From Minisyncoccota bacterium (GTDB lineage: Bacteria > Patescibacteriota > Minisyncoccia > Phycocordibacterales > Phycocordibacteraceae), in assembly GCA_036399335.1 (NCBI GenBank), contig DASWNF010000014.1, forward strand, positions 108,033 to 172,032: a stretch of DNA of 64,000 nt, in the 5' to 3' direction. The stretch's first letter is position 1. Each line of letters begins with the position of its first letter. Below the pieces are notes generated by a model. It worked only from the letters and a program-made list of their open reading frames with translations, had not been told where the DNA came from and made no database searches. Positions 57,437-64,000 of the stretch are shown here, piece after piece. The translations under genes were made by a program, and so were the position numbers.

Positions 57437-58648
57437 ATGAAATTCAGCGTCGTGCTGCGCCACCCTGACGGTAGCGAGACCAAGCAGGTCATTGAGGCGG
57501 AGAATCGCCTTGCCGTATACGGACTCGTCGAGAAAGAAGGCGCACTCGTCGCCTCCATGGAAGAGAAAAGGGGCTTTGCCATGCCGGCGTGGACAACGAT
57601 GACCTTCGGTACGGGGGTAAAGGCCGACCATAAGATTACGTTCACCAAGAACCTTTCCGCCATGCTCGGTGCGGGGCTTACGCTTTCACGCGCATTGTCG
57701 GTGCTTGAGCGCCAGACCCAGCAGAAGCCCTTGAAGCGCATCATTATCTCGCTCGAGAACGGGGTAAAGAGCGGCGCCTCATTCCACGAGGCGCTTGCCG
57801 TCCACTCGAAAGTTTTCTCACGGCTCTATGTCGCCATGGTAAAGGCGGGTGAGGAAGGCGGACAGCTCACCGACACGCTCCGCGTACTTGCGAAACAGAT
57901 GGAAGCTTCCCAGAACCTCCGGAAAAAGGTGAAGGGCGCGATGATCTATCCCGCCATCATCCTCTCCGCCGTCTTCATTATCGGTATCCTCATGCTCATC
58001 TACGTCGTGCCGACCTTGTCGAGCACGTTCGCCTCGCTCGGCGCCGACTTGCCACGTTCGACGACCATCATCATTGCCGTCTCGGATTTCTTCATCAACA
58101 ACCTGCTCATCGCGATTTCCCTCATCCTCGCCGGGATCATCGCCCTCGTTGTTTTCCTGAAATCCGGTATCGGGCGCCGTGCCGTGCTCGGTGGCGCGCT
58201 GTACGCACCGGTCATCAAGGACCTTGTGCGTGAGACGTATAGCGCGCACGCGACCCGCACGCTCTCCTCGCTTCTTGCGTCCGGTGTGGAGATGCTGACC
58301 GCGATCGGCATCAGTGCCGAAGTCGTGGGCGACAACCGCTTCGGGAAAGTGTTGAAGGAGGCTGAAGACCGGGTGCGCAAGGGCGAGGCGCTCTCGGCAA
58401 CATTCATCGCGTATCCGAAGCTGTACCCTATTTTTGTTTCGGAAATGATTTCAGTGGGAGAGGAGACGGGTAAGCTCGCCGAAATGCTCGGCCAGGTCGC
58501 CGAGTTCTACGAGAACGATGTCGAAGCCCGCACCAAGGACCTCTCGACCATCATCGAGCCCGTGCTCATGCTTTTCATCGGCGTGTTCGTCGGTATCTTT
58601 GCGCTCTCGATGATCGCACCTATCTACTCGCTGTCGGACAAGATTTAA
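57437..58648 (+). CDS. pilC: type IV pilus inner-membrane platform protein PilC (GspF family)
   Basis: Two GspF repeats; 403 aa. Confidence 0.9.
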   Translation: MKFSVVLRHPDGSETKQVIEAENRLAVYGLVEKEGALVASMEEKRGFAMPAWTTMTFGTGVKADHKITFTKNLSAMLGAGLTLSRALSVLERQTQQKPLKRIIISLENGVKSGASFHEALAVHSKVFSRLYVAMVKAGEEGGQLTDTLRVLAKQMEASQNLRKKVKGAMIYPAIILSAVFIIGILMLIYVVPTLSSTFASLGADLPRSTTIIIAVSDFFINNLLIAISLILAGIIALVVFLKSGIGRRAVLGGALYAPVIKDLVRETYSAHATRTLSSLLASGVEMLTAIGISAEVVGDNRFGKVLKEAEDRVRKGEALSATFIAYPKLYPIFVSEMISVGEETGKLAEMLGQVAEFYENDVEARTKDLSTIIEPVLMLFIGVFVGIFALSMIAPIYSLSDKI

Positions 58649-58702
58649 GAGGTAACAAAAACAGCCGCCCCCTTGGGGCGGCTGTTTTTGTTACCTCGCT
58701 AC

Positions 58703-59044
58703 TTACATCGGTAGCTCGTTCACCGGCATTACTTCGATTGCTGCCTGGGGGATTTGGAGATGGGTATGGTTCTCAAACATCTTGGCCGCAGCCTCATGGG
58801 ATTCGGCCTCGACGATGGAGTAGAGCATGATGTCGTTCGTGACATCGTTGACTCCGTCCTTCGTAACGCGCTTATTCTTGCCGGCACCAGCCGTCGTGAT
58901 GACCGCGCTTGCGTGCGTGCCCATCCACGTTTGCCACTCGCCTTGCATCTGGTCGGTCTGCGCCTTGCGTTCTTCCTCGGGGGTCTGCATCCATTCCTGG
59001 ATGACCGCTGCGGGCGCTGTGTAGAGTACTAAGAATTGGGACAT
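58703..59044 (-). CDS. hypothetical protein (113 aa)
   Basis: Start set at the internal Met MSQFLVLY; the 5' ORF extension is composition-biased and rejected. Confidence 0.4.
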   Translation of the reverse strand: MSQFLVLYTAPAAVIQEWMQTPEEERKAQTDQMQGEWQTWMGTHASAVITTAGAGKNKRVTKDGVNDVTNDIMLYSIVEAESHEAAAKMFENHTHLQIPQAAIEVMPVNELPM

Positions 59045-59416
59045 GGAATATTCGTTAAGCGGTAATGGGGACAGTATAGGCCTCAAAGGCCATAAAACAG
59101 AATCGCCTGACGGGCAGGTGATCCCGTCAGGCGATGGGCCTGAATCAATCGCACTCATCTTCGGGCGGTGGCTTTTTCGGCAGGTCATGGCTCTGTGCCG
59201 GTGCTTCATACCTGCGAACGAAGTCCCGGGGCAGTCGACCTGCCTCCATGTCCTCAATCTCCATGCCGGAGTCGGGGTTAGGCTCGGGTGTTACGTGCAT
59301 TTCGCCTCTCCTCTTGGCTTCTCCTGTGCGTAGTCTTCTCACCGCAGATTGCCTCATCTACAGGGGAGTGTCAACGGATGCAGCGATAGCCGGTACGGGT
59401 GCGCTATCATAAGCAC

Positions 59417-59791
59417 ATGCGCGGTTTCACTCTTATCGAAGTGGTCATCTCCGTATTCATTATTGGCATGCTCGTCGTGCTTTCGGGCGCGATGGTTACG
59501 GCGGCGCCCCTCTCCCGCCAGGTCCGCTATGAGAACCTTGCACGCACCATTGCCGCCGGGGAACTTGAGCGCGTGCGCGCGCTCGGGTACGACGCGCTCC
59601 CTGCTACCGGCGCTTTTACGCACGCACGGCTTGCCGACCTGCCTGCGGGAAGCGGGTACGTGACCGTGTCCGAATATAACGACCGGACGAAGGAGATCGT
59701 CGTCACGGTTTCCTGGCGCGAGTCGGCTGCGACGGCCGTCTCGACCGCATCGCTCACGGCGCTCGTTACGGCCGTCGGCGGACTGCCATGA
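59417..59791 (+). CDS. prepilin-type N-terminal cleavage/methylation domain protein (pilin or pseudopilin)
   Basis: MRG|FTLIEVVISVFIIGML class III signal; start at second Met. Confidence 0.8.
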   Translation: MRGFTLIEVVISVFIIGMLVVLSGAMVTAAPLSRQVRYENLARTIAAGELERVRALGYDALPATGAFTHARLADLPAGSGYVTVSEYNDRTKEIVVTVSWRESAATAVSTASLTALVTAVGGLP

Positions 59792-60360
59792 GTACTCCCG
59801 TTACCCGTACCCGTGCCTTTACGCTTATCGAAATGGTTATTACGGTAGCTATCTTCACGGCCATGATGGCCGTCGTGCTGGGCTTTTTCGTGAGCTCGAA
59901 CCGGAGCTTCCTCTACCAGAAGCGCTTTGTCGAAGTCGCGAGCGCTGCCGATGCGGTGATGGTAACCGCGACGGAAATTATCCCGCCTGCGAACGCCGTC
60001 GTCGCCTCGCATACCTTCCCCTCCGGCACCTACACCTCGGATGCGTCGACGCTCGTCCTCGAGCTCCCTGCGATAGACGGGTCGGGCACCATCATTAGCG
60101 GCTCGTATGATTACGTAGCGCTATACGTGGCGGACGGCAAGGTGCAGCGGGTTATCGAGGCGGATAGTGCGAGCGCCCGACGCTCAGGCACGCGCGCGCT
60201 TACGGACGCACTCCAATCAATCGCATTTGCGTACGACAACTCAGACCTTACCCAGGTCCAGGCGGTCACCATCGATATCACTGCTTCAGGCACTACGCAG
60301 GATTCGTCGCTCTCTGAGCGGATGACACAAACGTTCCGTCTCCGTAACGCACCCCAATGA
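59788..60360 (+). CDS. prepilin-type pilin/pseudopilin
   Basis: RA|FTLIEMVITVAIFTAMM N-terminal motif; ATGA overlap with neighbours. Confidence 0.75.
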   Translation: MSTPVTRTRAFTLIEMVITVAIFTAMMAVVLGFFVSSNRSFLYQKRFVEVASAADAVMVTATEIIPPANAVVASHTFPSGTYTSDASTLVLELPAIDGSGTIISGSYDYVALYVADGKVQRVIEADSASARRSGTRALTDALQSIAFAYDNSDLTQVQAVTIDITASGTTQDSSLSERMTQTFRLRNAPQ

Positions 60361-62120
60361 GTACCATGAACCTAAAGCCTGTCCGCGGATACGTCCTCCT
60401 CCTCACGCTCGTATTTTTTGGCGTATTCTTGTCGCTCTCGGCCGCGCTCATGGCCTATGTGCTCCAATATTCGCAATCGGGTAAATATGCGCTTGCCGCG
60501 ACGCAGGCTCTCTACCTCGCCGAGAGCGGTATTGAGGTGGCGGCCTACGAGCTTAACCGCAACTCAGGATATACGGGCGAATCGGATACGCCGCTCGGTG
60601 CCGGCGCCGTATCCATCGAAGTATCAAGCGTCGACTCAAGCACGAAGGCCGTGACCGTGACGGCCTCCGTCCCTTATAAAGGCACGGAGGTAAGGCGTAC
60701 CGTGCAGGCCAAGCTCGGCATCAACTCGTCCGTCGTGTCGTTCCGCTTCGGCGTGCAGGTCGGGGAAGGGGGCGTGACGATGGCGAACGGGTCGCGCATT
60801 AACGGCAACCTTTATTCGAACGGGGATATTACGGGCGGCGGTAATGCCATCGTGACCGGCGATGCTACCGTGGCCGGCGGCACCCAGGCAACACCAAGCC
60901 AGTCGTCGACCGTGCAGAGCGCGACGGTAAACCTAGGTGACGCAACCGCGCGGACGAGCCTCGCGCAAAGTTTCCGCCCATCGTCTTCCCAGGCGATTAA
61001 CAAGGTAAGCCTGTACCTCCGTAAGGTAGGTACCCCGGGCGACCTCACCATACGCATCATGGGCACGACGAGCGGCTCGCCGAATACGACGGTGCTCGCA
61101 TCCGGCACGCTACCCGCATCAAGCGTGTCGGGCACGTTTTCCTTCGTTGACGCGACCTTCTCCTCGAGCCCGACGCTCTCGAGCGGCCAGACCTACTGGC
61201 TTGTCGCAACGGCTTCGGTAAACGCTTCAAACTATTTCACGTGGGGGAGCGATGCGAGCGACGCGTACGCAAACGGTACCGGCAAGCGAAGCAGCAGTTG
61301 GAGCGGGGGTTCCTCTTCCTGGACCGCGCTCGCCCAGGACCTCGCCTTTAAGGCGTGGATGGGCGGGGTAACGACGTCGCTTTCCGGCATCCAGGTTTGG
61401 GGCAACGTATGGGCACCGTCCCTGTCCTCGTGCCAGGTCAGCGGGAACGCCATGTACCAGACGATGTCGGGGTGCTCGATTGGCGGTGTGGCGGAGGTTA
61501 CCTCAGACACTGCCGCCCCCGCTTCGATGCCGATTGCAGACGCACAGATCGCTGAGTGGGAGGATATCGCAAGCGATGGCGGCACCATCGTAGGCGATTA
61601 CGCCATTACGGGGACACAGCTCCTCGGCCCTAAAGCTATCAACGGGAACCTTACCGTGAGCGGCGCGATATACCTCACCGGGCCGGTGTGGGTCAAAGGG
61701 AACGTCACCTTCGCCAATAACTCGAGCATGATCGTGCACTCCTCGACCGGGAGTAACGGCGCGATCATCATTGCCGACAAGGAAGGAAGCGAAAGCACGA
61801 GCGGACGAGTGACACTTTCAAACAATATGACCATTGCAGGCAACGGGAACGCCGGAAGCTACCCGATGATCATCTCGACGAACACGAGCAGCAATGCCGT
61901 AACGATGAGCAATAACTCAACGAGCGTAATCCTGTACGCGCCGGACGGTACGGTAAACATCCTGAACAATGCGGCAGCAAACCAGATATCCGCAAAGTCC
62001 CTCAATTTGAATAACAACGTCACCGTTAACTACGTGAACGGCCTCCAGAGCCAGAGCTTCTCGAACGGGCCGGGCGGTTCATGGGCTTTCCTTCCAGGAT
62101 CATACGCAATTGTTCCGTAA
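60357..62120 (+). CDS. large pilus-associated secreted protein (587 aa) with N-terminal TM
   Basis: N-terminal hydrophobic segment LLLTLVFFGVFLSLSAALMAYVL; Thr/Ser/Asn-rich beta-type sequence; ATGA-coupled to the upstream pilin. Confidence 0.6.
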   Translation: MSTMNLKPVRGYVLLLTLVFFGVFLSLSAALMAYVLQYSQSGKYALAATQALYLAESGIEVAAYELNRNSGYTGESDTPLGAGAVSIEVSSVDSSTKAVTVTASVPYKGTEVRRTVQAKLGINSSVVSFRFGVQVGEGGVTMANGSRINGNLYSNGDITGGGNAIVTGDATVAGGTQATPSQSSTVQSATVNLGDATARTSLAQSFRPSSSQAINKVSLYLRKVGTPGDLTIRIMGTTSGSPNTTVLASGTLPASSVSGTFSFVDATFSSSPTLSSGQTYWLVATASVNASNYFTWGSDASDAYANGTGKRSSSWSGGSSSWTALAQDLAFKAWMGGVTTSLSGIQVWGNVWAPSLSSCQVSGNAMYQTMSGCSIGGVAEVTSDTAAPASMPIADAQIAEWEDIASDGGTIVGDYAITGTQLLGPKAINGNLTVSGAIYLTGPVWVKGNVTFANNSSMIVHSSTGSNGAIIIADKEGSESTSGRVTLSNNMTIAGNGNAGSYPMIISTNTSSNAVTMSNNSTSVILYAPDGTVNILNNAAANQISAKSLNLNNNVTVNYVNGLQSQSFSNGPGGSWAFLPGSYAIVP

Positions 62121-62139
62121 GCCCTGGTATCATGGGCGC

Positions 62140-62883
62140 ATGATACTTGCTGCAAACTGGAAGGCATACGTAGAGGATACGAAGAAGGCTAAGGCGCTCG
62201 CCGCAACGGTAAAGCGTCTCGCGCTTAAGAGCCCCCATACTTTTATTATCGCGCCCTCGTCCGCGCATCTTGCCCTGTTTGCTAAGGCTGGGAAGAAGAA
62301 CTTCCAGTTTGCTGCACAGGACATGTCAGTTGCTGCGGGCGGCGCGGCTACGGGAGAAACGACCGCAGTGCAGCTGAAGAACCTCGGCGTCGCGTACGCC
62401 ATCATCGGGCATTCCGAACGGCGCGCTATGGGCGAGACCGACGCTGAGGTTTCCGGGAAGGTGGTACAGGCGCTTGCCCAGAAAATCACCCCAATCCTCT
62501 GTATCGGCGAGCGGGTGCGCGATGCCGACGCGACGTACCTCCAGGGGCTCCGCTTGCAGCTTTCTTCCGTACTCTCCGCAGTCGCGCCGAATGAGCGCGG
62601 CAGCCTAGTCATCGCGTACGAGCCCGTCTGGGCCATCGGCCGTTCCGCGCGCGAAGCGCTTTCGCCGGGCGACCTTGCCGAGATGGTCCTCTATATACGG
62701 AAGGTGCTGGCCGAACACCTGCCCGCACGCGCAGCGGCAAAGGTGCCCGTGCTTTATGGCGGTTCGGTCGAGCCCGGGAACATCCGTGACCTGGCCGAGG
62801 GCGGTCGTGTCGACGGGTTCCTTATCGGCCACGCGAGCGTCGACTCTGCGACGTTTTCCACGCTCGTAAAGCAAGTCCCGTAA
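62140..62883 (+). CDS. tpiA: triosephosphate isomerase
   Basis: AANWK, IGHSERR and YGGS motifs; start at Met MILAANWK. Confidence 0.9.
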   Translation: MILAANWKAYVEDTKKAKALAATVKRLALKSPHTFIIAPSSAHLALFAKAGKKNFQFAAQDMSVAAGGAATGETTAVQLKNLGVAYAIIGHSERRAMGETDAEVSGKVVQALAQKITPILCIGERVRDADATYLQGLRLQLSSVLSAVAPNERGSLVIAYEPVWAIGRSAREALSPGDLAEMVLYIRKVLAEHLPARAAAKVPVLYGGSVEPGNIRDLAEGGRVDGFLIGHASVDSATFSTLVKQVP

Positions 62884-62884
62884 C

Positions 62885-63604
62885 ATGAGCTTGCGTACCA
62901 CCCTCATGGCGCTTGGGGGAGCGGTACTCGCCGCCCTTATCTGGTGGGGTATACGCACCTACCTCTCGCTCAACGCCTCAAAGCAGCTTATTGAACATAC
63001 GCGACCGTTTGAGCGCCTGACGGATGATACGCGCGTGTCGTTGCTCGTGCTTGGTGACAGCACGGCCGTCGGCGTGGGTGCGACCCTACCTGAAGAAAGC
63101 GTTCCTGGCCGCGTTGCAGCCGCACTCGGCGCAACCTACGTCGAGAACCATGCCGTCATCGGCGCCGTTACTGCCGACCTCGCCGACCAGGTTAAGCAGG
63201 GTGCGCTCCCCGCATACGATTTCATACTTATACAAATAGGCGCAAACGACATGGTGCGATTCCATGATGCGGAAGCGACTGCGCGCGCGTTGGGAACGAC
63301 GCTCGCGTCGCTTCCGCCGGCAGGCTCAGTCGTCGTGATTTCTGCAGGTGACCTGGGGACGGCTCGTTTGTTTCCGTATCCCCTCCGGGTTTTATATACG
63401 CGCATTAACCGGGAGTACCACCAGGCCTTCGGTGCAGCCGTTCGGGCTGAGGGCGCAACCTACGTCGACCTTTCAAAGGGGCCGGGCGTTGTCCGATTTG
63501 AGGAAGACCCGACCGCACACTTTGCTGCCGATAATTTCCATCTTTCCTCACGCGGATACGGGCTTTGGTTCGAGGCCATCCGCGAGAATGTGCAGGGGTT
63601 GTAA
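62885..63604 (+). CDS. SGNH/GDSL-family hydrolase
   Basis: N-terminal TM; GDSTAVG block I; GAND block III; DxxH end. Confidence 0.7.
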   Translation: MSLRTTLMALGGAVLAALIWWGIRTYLSLNASKQLIEHTRPFERLTDDTRVSLLVLGDSTAVGVGATLPEESVPGRVAAALGATYVENHAVIGAVTADLADQVKQGALPAYDFILIQIGANDMVRFHDAEATARALGTTLASLPPAGSVVVISAGDLGTARLFPYPLRVLYTRINREYHQAFGAAVRAEGATYVDLSKGPGVVRFEEDPTAHFAADNFHLSSRGYGLWFEAIRENVQGL

Positions 63605-63653
63605 GGGTCCTCGGTGGTCCCGGACGAGGCCTGGAGTGGAGTAGTATAGGTAC

Positions 63654-64000
63654 ATGCGCAGCCTCCGGTACATCCCGCACCTCGAGAACATTCCCGTGCT
63701 GGTACGGGCGGCACTTAACGTGCCCGTCGAGAACGGAAGGGTGACGAGCACGTACCGGCTCCGCAAAGCCGTGCCGACCATTAATTTCCTACGCCGCGAG
63801 TACGCGCGCGTCATACTTATCGGCCACATAGGTGACGGCGGCACGGAGACGCTCGCGCCCGTGTATGAGGCGATGAAGGCCTATGTCCCAGGCATGCGCT
63901 TTTGCTCTTCGACCGTAGGGCCTGAAGCACGCGCCGCGATACGGGACCTCCCGCCCGGCGGGGTACTCATGCTTGAGAACCTGCGGCGGCATGCAGGCGA
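63654..64000 (+). CDS. pgk: phosphoglycerate kinase (5' partial, runs off window)
   Basis: N-terminal motifs VLVRAALNVP...ENLRRH; no stop within the window, hence absent from the ORF track. Confidence 0.8.
   Translation, partial: MRSLRYIPHLENIPVLVRAALNVPVENGRVTSTYRLRKAVPTINFLRREYARVILIGHIGDGGTETLAPVYEAMKAYVPGMRFCSSTVGPEARAAIRDLPPGGVLMLENLRRHAG

Overview
This window is a compact, high-GC (~60%) bacterial chromosomal segment spanning the replication-origin neighbourhood. Core genes are dnaA-dnaN on the minus strand facing rpmH-rnpA-yidC on the plus strand, with DnaA-box-bearing intergenic regions on both sides of dnaA. Other core genes include ruvB, yebC-ruvC, a class A PBP, rsmA/ksgA, uvrD/pcrA, rpsO, xerC/D, xth, cca, four tRNAs, rarA, hup, rny, clpP, ppa, nusA, a pilB/pilC/pseudopilin locus reading directly into tpiA and pgk, and an M23 peptidase. 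The gene repertoire (RNase Y, short Gram-positive-type YidC, a PrgI/VirB4/VirB6-type T4SS, type IV pili, many genes without Shine-Dalgarno sequences) suggests a reduced-genome monoderm or CPR/Patescibacteria-like organism; this placement is inference only. Four regions stand out. (1) A ~5.8 kb low-GC accessory island (about 2.5-8.3 kb) lies between core genes. It carries small cargo genes (GNAT, CYTH, Zn-ribbon, HD-like, several unknowns), two terminator-bounded structured non-coding stretches, and a previously unclassified family of ~29-bp interspersed repeats with consensus TTGCTGGCAGTCTGGGACGATGTTGGAAC. The window holds 13 copies, 11 of them in this island. The other two flank a second low-GC single-gene insertion upstream of nusA. 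(2) An 11-gene, tightly coupled minus-strand operon (17.1-29.7 kb) encodes a chromosomal Gram-positive/CPR-type type IV secretion-like apparatus. It has a PrgI/VirB3-like protein, a VirB4 ATPase split into two adjacent genes, a VirB6-like polytopic protein and several secreted or proline-rich proteins; no relaxase or VirD4 is visible in the window. (3) Two tandem paralogous secreted proteins combine a peptidoglycan-binding domain with extreme acidic D/E repeat arrays. (4) A frameshifted comM, a decayed repeat family around cca, and a very long proline-rich membrane protein are also present. No CRISPR array, rRNA or transposase was seen.
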